Assembly: GCA_965637545.1 (NCBI GenBank)
Contig: OZ281496.1
Span: 22,940,001 to 23,004,000 of the forward strand
Length of the DNA stretch: 64,000 nucleotides
DNA from: Phallusia mammillata
Lineage: Eukaryota
Direction: 5' to 3'
Each line of letters begins with the position of its first letter. Position 1 is the first letter of the stretch. Positions 11,501 through 22,700 of this stretch are shown one piece after another. The notes under the pieces were generated by a model. That model was not told the DNA's origin. It searched no databases and saw only the letters and a program-made list of their open reading frames with translations. The translations under genes were made by a program, and so were the position numbers.

Positions 11501-13245
11501 ATATATGTAAAAGAGTCTAACATTGCAATTGTTTCAAAAAGAAAATTTCACGGGTAATCTGCCAAACAACGCTCTGCAGTTCTTGGGACACGACACACGT
11601 TGGGCGGCAGGTGGAACTGGGACCAGAGGATATGCAACAGCAAAACAGTTTCACGATGTCTTGCTTGTGCCACCACTAGCTAATATAACTGTGAGTTGTT
11701 TCGTTTGGTTGTTAATTCAACATCTTGTAAAACAGTAATTTTTTGTCGAATCTAGAATTCCTAGTCAAAATGACAAACGCAACAACGTAAAACTTGTAGT
11801 ACGCGGCTGCTGTAGTAAAAAAAATAACTTAGTCGAACAAACGTATTATTTTAATCGAAAAACAACGAATTTAAGAGACATATTTTGATGACGTATATAA
11901 AGCCTGTAATCCTCCCAAAAACACTCTTAAATTGTCCCCAAATAGTATAAAATGCTCACATTTTAAGCAAAACAAGTATAAATATATTTGGGCTTGTGGG
12001 TTTGCGCGCAGACCAGTTGACTACAGCAACAAAGTTAAACGGCAAGAGTAAAATTGATTAGATACCAAACTTCCACACCAGTTTGAAAGAGCCCTGTAGC
12101 ACCATTTACCATTTACATTATTTGCTTGTATTAACAGGCCAGGTTCCTAACACACACATACACTGGAGAGGTGGTTGTTCACTGTCACTTGCTTAACCAT
12201 GAAGATTCTGGTATGATGATGACCCTAGAGATAGTGGCTCAAGGTATGATTAGCGAAAGTGAATTCAACCATTATGAAGTTTCTGATTAAAAATAGACAC
12301 CTGGGCAAGTTTCAGCAAAAACTGGGTTCATAATATGACATTGGAGACACTATGCAGTGATTTCAGTCATGAAAAATACCAACTGTAAGTTATAAGTTTT
12401 CCACAGTTATGTCGTCAAGCATTTAAGACCAGTAAGAACAATTTACTTGTGGCAACGTAAACGTGTTAATACACAACACCACAAAGATTGCAGACCAATT
12501 TCTATACTTAAAACTCAGTAAGTACTATGCCTACACCTAACCAGGTGGTCATTTTTACAGGGGCCGATCTGACAGCTAACACCACGTCTGGCAACGCTTA
12601 CCCCGGACAGTGCGCGGAGTGCGACCCATTCCCGTTTAATACTGCCGTTTGCGATGCCGACGGTTCTACCCTGACAACCACGACCACAGTTGCGGGAACA
12701 TCTACAACAGCAACAACAACAGGCGGATCGGATACCATCAAAACAACAGGTACGACTAATATTGGAAAATAATCTGGTGGTTTATATTCCACCAGAGTGT
12801 GTCAGAGAGCTAGATTTGGAAATTAGGCAGACCTGATATAGTCGTGACCCAGAAGTAAAGTATAACATCGGATGTTTTAACAAAGGCTCATAAAATTTCT
12901 AATAAAGATTGCCCAAACAATGAGTGAAATATGCGTGTAAAAGGTGCAATCTAAACGAAAGTAAAATCATAAATCAAAATATTTCCATGTAACAGAGAAA
13001 TGGAGTTTATGAACGCCTAAAGTTACCAATATAGCGTTTTTCCATCACTGCTTACTGCGTGTTTTTTACCAGGCATTTTTGCATGCAATCTTAAAAAGGC
13101 GACTTAACTAAACAATGTACTACGTTATTTCTGGAATCAATACCGTTTAAAGTAAAAAAAGTTTACATAATATATTCCATTTTTAGGTGCACTGATGTTT
13201 TTTGCCGTTCTGTTGTCGTGGTTTTCGCATAGTCACGTGTGCTAA
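5509..13245 (+). CDS. Multicopper oxidase (three-domain laccase/CueO-like), paralogue B, complete, 673 aa; signal peptide plus predicted GPI-anchor tail
   Basis: 14 exons: 5509-5596 (signal peptide MMLVVFVVAVLVTEG), 5726-5910, 6415-6516 (TNLHTHGLH), 7514-7645 (WYHPHLHG), 8218-8420, 8743-8874, 9239-9449, 9931-10187, 10545-10641 (HPIHIHINHFQ), 10837-10948, 11542-11690, 12138-12243 (HCHLLNHEDSGMM), 12561-12749 (Cys motif + Thr-rich stalk), 13187-13245 (GALMFFAVLLSWFSHSHVC*). The exons sum to 2022 nt in one open frame, and all four copper-binding motifs are intact. Confidence 0.94.
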
Positions 13246-13995
13246 GTGAAAGAAACAAAGATGACCTGCAGCACTGTGATCTTTTATTGTGTACAGTTTG
13301 CTTCAAATAGTTTTTTTTTTTGACATAGTTGTTTTGTTTTGGTTTTGAAAGCGTTGTTTCAGCTTGTTGGTATATATAATACCTGTTCTTGACGCATTTT
13401 TCAACGCCGAATACAGGTTTAAGTATTGCAAAGGATTACTCTTAGTACAAATACAGTTGAAGGGTTTTCAAAATCGTAAAAAGTTTTGTGTAAAATGTTT
13501 TTAAAAACGGATTAAAAAGCTTTTATCACACATTTTTGTTCAGAAGTAAGAATTTCGAAAATAGGAAAAAAAAGTCAATTTAAGGAGTGTACACATAAAG
13601 TAACAAATCAAACAAAAATGGCAAATCGAAAATGATTACGAAATTAACACTGGTTCTGTAAAGTAATGAAGTAGAACAGGCTTACATCTTTTCAACACTT
13701 TCTGAATGTAGTCATTAAATAACATTACACCAGTACATTTCTTAAATAAGCCGCACATCAAAGTGATGGTGAATTTGTCGCCAGCAAAGGCAAAGACGCC
13801 TGTTTGCATTTTATGGTGCTATAAAAGCGTTGCTTTTGTTTTTGCTCAAAGCATTAAAACTCACATTTAATGTAAATGTGATGCGTTAGAACAGTAAAAA
13901 CGGCCCTTTGATACAAAGGAGTTTCTCTTTTGACACCCCACAAACAACCCCTAGCGGCCATTCTTGGGCCGCCCTTGGTGGCAAATCCGAAGTTA

Positions 13996-16763
13996 CTAAT
14001 CCAGCCAATGCGGACGTTCGTAACCGAAACGGTCAAAGTCAGTTTCATATTTGTAATAAAGTTGTAATGCAAGATTTTTTGGTACAGACTTAAACATCTT
14101 TTCCACCACGTCCAACTGCGTTCGGCTGTTTCTGTTTGGAAAGAACACTTTTCGATCTTTCACAGTTATGTTCAGTTTCTCTTCCAAGTAGCTGATATCG
14201 GACACCAACGATTCAAACTTGACCACGACGTCGTACTGAAATGTGCAAGGATGACAGCTCAATTCAAAGTCTATCCAATGCGAATCGGTCGGGTAGGGAC
14301 TTTTAACTAGAAAATTGACAAAGTCCTCAAAGGTAGCTGCACCTCCGTTTTCATGGTTTCGTTCAGCTGGGTTATGTCGCATTTCTCTGTATTTCTTACT
14401 GATTCGATGCGACATTGGCTTATAGAAGTTTGGAGTAGAACCTGGACCGTTCAGAGCCATTTTGTCGTTGTATGCCGAAACAATTCGTGCGAACGGATGC
14501 CGGACTGTGATAATCTATTTAGACAAAACAGCATAGCGGTAAAACAAAGTGTTCTGGATTCTTGTGACACATATACCGATGTTTAAAGCTATCTACTACA
14601 TATTAAACACAAATGCTTTTGCCACCATCAGTAATACGATACGGCTTTATCAGTGGTTATCAAAAGATACGCGTTTTCAAAGGTACTGATTGTTTTTTAG
14701 AACTAGCCTATGTGCCTTAAATTAAACTAGCAACAATTTAAAATCTTTTGTAGTCGAAAGTTTAAAGGCGATTCTTTGGTCATTCATCCTTAGAGGGTCA
14801 ATATGTTAACGAATGGCGAAACTAGAATCCTTTTAAAACACTGAACACGGACCTATTCTTGAGTATAATGAGGAATACAACCCCAATAGACGTAAAAATC
14901 AAATTGTTTTATTGTTCAGAATTTTGTGCAAATGCCAACCTGATGATCTACCGATACGTTACTTTATACCTCGCATAAACGATTAGAAAAGACATGCCTT
15001 TTGTTGCGTCTGTTTGGGCCGTTATATTCCTCATTGAGTGTTTGTTTGTGGTACAATGTTCCCAGCTATGCCTCCACTGAATATTTTTTCCAATAGTTTG
15101 GTTGTTACACACATCGTCGTTATTCAATGTGTAAGAACCATGGACAAAGTTGACTCAAACACAATAATAATATGTTACTATACAATAATGGTGGTATTGT
15201 AGCGACCTTCATTGCTTTTTGCCAGTTGTTAAACGATGAGCTGGTAAAAGAAGAAATTCTAAGATTCTGGTTGCCAAGGTTCATAACTTCCTGCCCCACT
15301 ATCCTGTTTGCAAAGTAATCCTCGGGTTTAAAGTATTTCTCCATCACCATGAGAGCTTGCAGCCAACTGGAGCTTCCGCATTTTTGAATGTCGCAAACAG
15401 CAAACTTTGAAAAGACGAAAAATGTGCTTTAAAGTCATGTAAACCAATACAAAAAGGTAGGTATGGCAATAATTGCTGAGCAATTGCAATAGTAAAAGCC
15501 TATGCTTCGTTGCGTCAACTTTTGAAAATTAGCAGGCCTGTCTGGGAGTTCCTGTGTTAGTAGATTTTCCATACAAACACTAACTTTTGCAAAATAACAT
15601 ACAAAATAATCCAGAAGAGCGGAAGAAATCAGCATCATTAAAATCTTTCATTTTCGAAAGAGAAAAAATATAATTTCGCCTATGTGGATGGCATCGTCAG
15701 TTTCCGTCTTGTTAACTTGTACAAAGTAAGTGATGTTTTAAAACTAAGGTTTGAACAAACAACGCATTGTGCTTTTGCGATACATCGTCGTTGCGGAAAA
15801 GCAAGATTACAACTCTACAGTCGTTTATGTTTTTGTGCAAACGTTTTTGGATACCAAACAAACCTTATGCTCAGTATAACACGAGTAGTTTGACACATTG
15901 AAACAGACCTTTACTCCTACCTTATATGTTTTCGAGTACAGTGCATTGCTGTTCACTGCCATTTTATTGAGTCGAGTTTTGCTTCGTAGACAAGATCTTC
16001 TTAATGCAGCAATCCGTTCTTTATGGAGAATATCCATGACATAAATAAACTTGGTTCTCTCTCTACGCCTACGTTGCATGTTTGTGGGTGTCGTTTCCGT
16101 AACAGCGTTGGTACTAACTTTCGTGAATGTGACAACTCGAGGCTTTGGTATCAGCGTCAAACAACAAATATAAAACAGGTTATTAATAAAGGACGTAAAA
16201 CTGTGTTTCACTAAACTTCGTAAACTGTTATGTCTAATTGTGGTCAGAAACATATTTGGTGAAGCATGGCTTTTCAGTATACTTTCAACAAACTGGAGTG
16301 TTGTAAAGGTCTACAAAACGACGTTGACAAAGATATTTTGAGCGGTTAAAGGACTTTTGTATCGGCTCCAATTTAGGATACGTGTACTGTCATACAGCAA
16401 GGTTACTTGTGTGAGCAAACGCCCCAACACAGCAACAAAACGTTCGAAAGTTGTCAACACAAGCTCAAAGTAGACACAGGATGATTTAAACCAAAATTGA
16501 CAATCATGAAGGCCTTACAAATTCAAACCAGTTTCTAAACTGTGCCGAAGGCAATTTACCATCCGTGTATGGTTACGTGGTTATGATTAATGCACAACCA
16601 GTTTTTCTTAAGTCCATCAAACTATATTTTGCGGTTTACGCAATTTTGGTCTCACCTGTATATTTGTTTTGCGTTCCAAACACACGTTGTACACAAAGAA
16701 GCACAACATAACACCTATAGCAATTCCGAGACACATTTGTCGGGATTTATTCAAAGCAGACAT
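13996..16763 (-). CDS. Carbohydrate sulfotransferase, Sulfotransfer_2 family (CHST8-14 / HNK-1ST / chondroitin-dermatan 4-O-sulfotransferase-like), type II membrane protein, 348 aa
   Basis: Four exons, all phase 0: 16763-16656 (MSALNKSRQMCLGIAIGVMLCFFVYNVCLERKTNIQ, TM anchor), 16142-15921 (stem), 15404-15207 (FAVCDIQKCGSSSW, 5'-PSB-like), 14514-13996 (VRHPFARIVSAYNDK 3'-PB motif; DSHW..SCHPC...YDVVVKFE; LYYKYETDFDRFGY). The donor after exon 3 (AAG|GTCGCT) is weak but restores the motif. The exact CHST orthologue cannot be assigned by eye. Confidence 0.9.
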
Positions 16764-19700
16764 GACATTGCCGTCTAATTACCTCCTAATTGTATAAATG
16801 CACTTCAAATAATCAAAACCAAGGTAAATTGGGAAATTGTTTGTCCACTTAAAGGTTGTGACAATTCAATATTTCAAACGTTCAAGCCTCTAGCATATTT
16901 TGTTACTTTGTTAATGCAATGCTTAAAATAAACGACTTAAAAAACCTCAACTATATTACAAGCTTGAAAAAAAAACTGTCCAAAACTAAACTTGAATGTA
17001 ATCGCCCAAACCTATACTCCATACTTTTGATGTTACGAATACCTCCCATTTTTCTACGAACATCGGTACAATCTTTCGCTTACATACCCTTTTCAAGCGA
17101 ACTGCCTTGTTTACACAAATAAACAACAAAAACATCCAAAGTGGCAAAAAAATAGGGTAAATACTCAACCGTTAACCTTGCAAGCTTCGGTTTTACTACA
17201 GCTTGTATTCAAATGCAACTATTTTCAAGCAATACGAGAGAACAAGTCGCCCCGGGACAAATTACATCCGACCACGTAGTAAGGTCATCTAATTATGTTG
17301 TGAAAAGGAGGCAATAACTGGCTCCCGTACAACAACGCCCATCAAAGATTGTGAAACATTCAACCTTTGTTCCAAGATAGTACCACTTCTTTATGCTTCG
17401 GTAGATTACTTGTCCTATTGCTTCAAAGGTTATCCCAGCTTCAGTGTTCTTAGAAACACAAACACTTTAAAAGCTCAAACTATTAGTGCTGTTATACAGG
17501 TGCTGTAAAACATCTAATGATTTGTGAGTCAGAATAAAACTAACCGCGCTTGATTTGCCTCACGATTGGTTATGAATGCAATCTACCTCCCACCGCTTTA
17601 TATGTAAACCGTAAAACATTATTCAATAAATTCCAGAAAATTTGAACTTGGTATTTAGCCTACTTTTTGCTTGGAGTTCAGATCAATTCCAATATTAATA
17701 TCGCAGACGTTGGCAGGAAATTGTGAAAGGTTGAATTTGTTATAATGCCAACAACAAAGCGAGTATTTGTAGGACGTATGTTTCTCAACCATTTCTTATC
17801 CACGATAAAGTCATGCGTTTTTTAAAGCAAGCATCTAATTCAGAAACACTAGCAAAACCCATTATAAACGAGAAATAATAATGAACACAGACACTATTTT
17901 ATTAAATTGTACAATCCGACTTTATTTGAAGTTTTTAATTTGTAAACAATATGGATATGAATATGCTGTGAGGTTACATTGCAAAAATACTAAACTTAAA
18001 CACCGTAGGGAAAGCAAAACTAGGAAATTTTCAAAGCGTTTAGCGGTTTGGAAGTTCGCTGTAGTGCATAGAAATCAGACATATTGCGTATTGTTGCGAA
18101 ACAAAGACGATTTGTTGGTTGAAGATCCATGACAAAGAATGGGTGAAAACAGTCAATTTCTAAACGCTTTGTGTTCCTCTTTGTGGGACCTCCTAAACGA
18201 CAAAGGCCCTTGTGCATTGTGAACAACATATTGTTCGAATTTACAGTGCCTTCAAATGAGCTGCTCAAACACAACTCCGAGCAGAAAATGGTCTTAAAGG
18301 GCAGCTGTAGCCTACAGTTGGCAGTTACTTGAATTACGAGCGCCGAATGCTTTTTCAGATCAGGAGTTACAATGGCAGGTAGGCTCTAGCAACCATTAAA
18401 CTGGTACCTTAGGCTTTTTTGTACAAGGCCATAAACCATAGCTGAATAAGGGATACTACAAAAGACGACCGACGCGGAGAATTCAACATAAAACACGACG
18501 GCTGTAAAGCAAGCCTTTCACCAATCCGGCATAGACATATTCGTTCCTTTCAGCCCGGGTGGACAAGTGCTTCTATGGCTCTTTGTGAACAATTCAGTGA
18601 ATAGCTATAAAAAGCGCCCTGTATAAGACAAAACGCTATTATATGGCCATTTCATTCCAGTCGCGCAGTTGTTCAGCCAAACTGCTCACTCCACAGTTCT
18701 GACAACGCAGGATTTAAAAACGGGGAACATCTAGTCTACACAATGTGTGGATTTACCTGCAAAAGCGGACTTATTCAACTGGTAGAGGCAAAATTAAGGT
18801 AAGAAAACGTGTATGCAATTATGCTTAACTACGACGCGTAGTGACAGTTGTTTGTTGCTTGTTTATTATATGGGTTACAAACTTACGAGTTGTGATAGTG
18901 TAAAAGTGTGACAGAAAGAACGAAAGCGGGTCAACATTCTATTTCAAAAGTTAGAAGTTTCCACTGTAGCAAGTGCGTGTTATCCGCAAACACTAGACAG
19001 TAACCATTGGAAAGGTTTTTTTGTGAGTGTGACCCAGCGTTGACATTGGTTTAATGTACACTATACATTAACATTGCTTCAAAGATTTTGAAGCATGTAC
19101 CTTTATGTTTGATCAGCAATCAGCGTGTGCATTTATAATATCAAAAACTGTGACATTTTTCGTCAAAAAGCCATTACATTTTAATGCCGAAAATAGCAAT
19201 AGGGCCTGGATAATATCGCAAGAGTAAACGATAAAAGCTTTCTTATAACTTTACGACGTCTTAAACGTGTTTCTGTCGGGTAAACAGACTTCGAGCGACG
19301 AACAGTATCAAACCAGACTCTCTATCGCACACTTGTGAAAACAATATCAAAAAATAAACTGTCGCTTGGTGTCGCTAACGATTTACACGAAGTTTAATTG
19401 GTCGTGGGAATTGTCACGTAACATGGTGTGAAGGTACAATTCTTGCGGTCAACTTGAGACAACTGGATTCCTAGTACTCATAAACTAAATTGCAACCTAT
19501 AACACGTTGCAAAGCCAAATAAAGACTTCACAGCTCTGTTTTATTTCCTATAATGTTGCTGAAACAACAAGGCATTATAGTAAGATACAGTACGCTTGGT
19601 ATATGCTTAACGGGAATTTAAATGATGCTTGCTTGTAACTAAATCACAATGAAAAGGCTTCTAACTGCCTTATTGTACCTTCGTCACATTGTAATATTTA

Positions 19701-22700
19701 GTAATTTTGACAAACAGTGATTTTTTGTAACCTGTAACCAACAATAAAATTGCTCTTGGAATGGCATAAAATCTTGTTAAAGCCTTGGTGACGTTTTATT
19801 TAAGTGGTTTGTACAATGTCGTTAAGGTTGCTCATGTAGAATGAAACATGAGGCCAAGATGGGACAAACCTGCGATCATTAGGCGCCAATACCATTTGAC
19901 TAACATTGCACTGGGCCGCCACAAATATTTTTAAAACATGGTTAACAACGTGGCATAAATCCTCGACCAATACAGGAGCTGATGTTGTGTTGCCAATTAC
20001 ATAAGGTGCAACTACAACTAACAAGCTAGCGAATTTTACGCTTGGCTTACAGACAACAGAGCCAAACAAAAGACAAGTATTGGCCGGGGCGTTCGGGGAG
20101 ACCAGCGCATAACGACGATTCTATTTTGCTTCCAATTAATATCCATGTTCGATAGGGTCCCGCAGGTGCGGTGTCCCAATTAGTTGCCTTTGATGTCAGG
20201 TGAAACAACTTTCTCGTAGCATCGGGATTCGAGAAGCACATTTTTGTAACTCTTTGGGTGATGGGTAGTCTTATATCATGTACTTACAAATTCGGATGTT
20301 AAGGAAATACACACAGGGTGAATCATTTTGGCTTTAAACATCAAAATTTTAAACCGTCGACATACTATATGTATAGATTTCGTTACACTTGGTCTCTACA
20401 GAAGAAAAGTATTTTCGTGTAATCAAGCTTATTAATTGCATTAGCTTTGCCTTGAATTGATAAATACTCAGCAGTTTTAAACATATTCAAAAATACATTT
20501 CTGTTTTGGAACGTTTTAATTTTAGGACTTGGTGTTGCAATGTTCTAATAAAAAAATCAGCAGCACCGTAAACCCTTACCAAATAAATAAATAAATGACA
20601 ACACTTATGATCGCAAAAAAAATGTAGAAACCATTAGAACGTGTTCTACGCCTTATAGTCGTATAAGCAACTCAAAAACGCTGTCCAAAATCACACGTCC
20701 AAGGCGCTTTATATAAAAGTTTGCTATGATTTTAACCACGAAAGAAAACAACGAAGGCGATGGGTCTTGACAGGCAAGCCACGAAGCGGGACCTTTGCGG
20801 TCAGGGAGGCGGGGGGGTCCGGTGCCATAAGATAGGCGGCGCCAGGCTTATTGGAACCGTGCTGGTTTGTCCGTGCGAAAGCGTCCTTAAATCGAATGCT
20901 CGGAAACTTTTTTCATCCGATTTTACCCCCATGAAGTTGGGATTTACTCTGTTAGGATTTTGCTGATGAATATGTTTTGAACGTGTTCGCATAAGAGCAC
21001 TTTTGACGGAATGGTTTTTGCTGGAAACAAGTGGCAAAAAAACTTTTTAATTTGTTTTAATTGTCATTAAAATAGACAATCTACCACAAAGTAAACAACG
21101 TTGTTAAACAGTTTGAACAATGGCCTTGCCTTTGTGATGTATGGCATTTACAACCTTTTCAGTACTTTTGGAAATCGATTTGGTTGAAAATTATACACAA
21201 ACGCGCGCGCTACATATTACAGCCATCGCATTCCGCACAGATTTGGGCTAAGGCAACATTGGAATAATCGGAGCATCCCTGTACCGCGCCGGGAAAAAAT
21301 TAAGCTATCTACGATGACAGGTTTAAAATAACTGCGCGTCAAAGTTTCAACAGTCGCTGCCGGCCGTCGTTTGTCTCCAGCTCGGGGTTCGGAAAATCCA
21401 AAATCCCTTGCGCCGTCCCATCCAATCCAAACACCTTCGACTCTGTTTGTGCTGCGGGCTCTTTTATCGCCAACCGGATAAATATTATCATTACTCGCGG
21501 CAGTTATTAGCCCCCGCGCCCGCGGCCAGCCCACGCTAAGTGTTGCCATAGCGACGGCAGGTACAGGCTACTGTTCGTACGCCACCTTGTGGTAAGCAGC
21601 CAACGTGACGGTTGATTCCCCTGCTAAGGTGAAAGGCAACAACAAGGTTTTGAAATTTTTAAATGTACCGGCTTATGAACAAATTTTGATGATTTTTCAT
21701 TATTTTTGTCCATACAATAAATCGGAGTGTTTGTGTTACAAAAAACGTGTATAAATGGGTCTTGAGGCTGTGCTAGTCAAAAAATGTGGTCCAACAAATG
21801 ATTTGATATAATAGAAAATGCACAAAAAATCGTAAACTTAAAGCAAATGCTCAAAAATCTTTGAAGTATTTGCATTCTTTGCTTGTCGTTGGCAAACAGG
21901 CCAAGCATGTGATCAAAATAGAATTCAAAGAAAACAGGGGAATGTAAGGCCCCAGGCCGACACACACACCTGTTCTTACACACCCAACAAAATGTCAGAC
22001 AAGACAGATCCCTGCAAATCAGCTTCATCGTGCACACTTTCCTTGCGTCGTCACGATTCCGGTGACGTCATATGAGCTAACTTTGTTACGACACGGCCGG
22101 TTGCGCCCGAGTGGGGCCCGGGCCCTAGAACGGAAATGGGGTCAACGGGCCGCAACGCGTCCCATCGAGATTGACAAGTGGCGACGCGCCCAACTGACAT
22201 GGGGAAGTTGCTTTATGGGCAATGGATATTAAGAACTGGCCAACATAGGTTGCTTCAAGTGCGCCAACGCCGTTAACCAGTCACCTTATAAGAAATTCAT
22301 TTGTCTCCTCGACTCTCAATACCTTAGCGTAACAAGGGTGCAGAACATAATAAAAGGAAATTTCGCACATGTTGAGTTCTTTCCGTTTCCGTATAAAATT
22401 GTCGGCTTAGATCCACGACGTCGCAATTAGGTATTTATAAAGGATTTCCTTCCCGTTGCGCGAGCCACGCGAACAATTAATCTCTTTGTGGCAGCGCATC
22501 GCTTTTGCTCCACTTCCATACGAAACCATGAATGATTTATTTGTCACCGCCAACTATAGACAAGGTCTTACAACATGACTGGAAACAATGTGGCCAAGTA
22601 ACAAAGTAAAATCGCTTTTCAGGGACTCCGGGCCGCTCATTGATATTATGAATACGAAGAGAATCCATTATGGCCCGACTGCCCTGCCCTTTATGCACTG

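Noticed and set aside
15825-16253. ORF-track start MFLTTIRH… as the N-terminus of the sulfotransferase
   Set aside because: A better signal-anchor exon (16763-16656) splices in frame to 16142, so the 5' part of this ORF is intronic.
17292-17452. Exon-like minus-strand frame NTEAGITFEAIGQVIYRSIKKWYYLGTK…
   Set aside because: It cannot be joined to any gene; the sulfotransferase already has its own start and TM exon at 16763.
18020-18385. ~120-codon open minus-strand frame containing FCSELCL (MYM/FCS zinc-finger-like)
   Set aside because: The other Cys ligands are absent, there is no supporting exon chain, and I recognise no homology.
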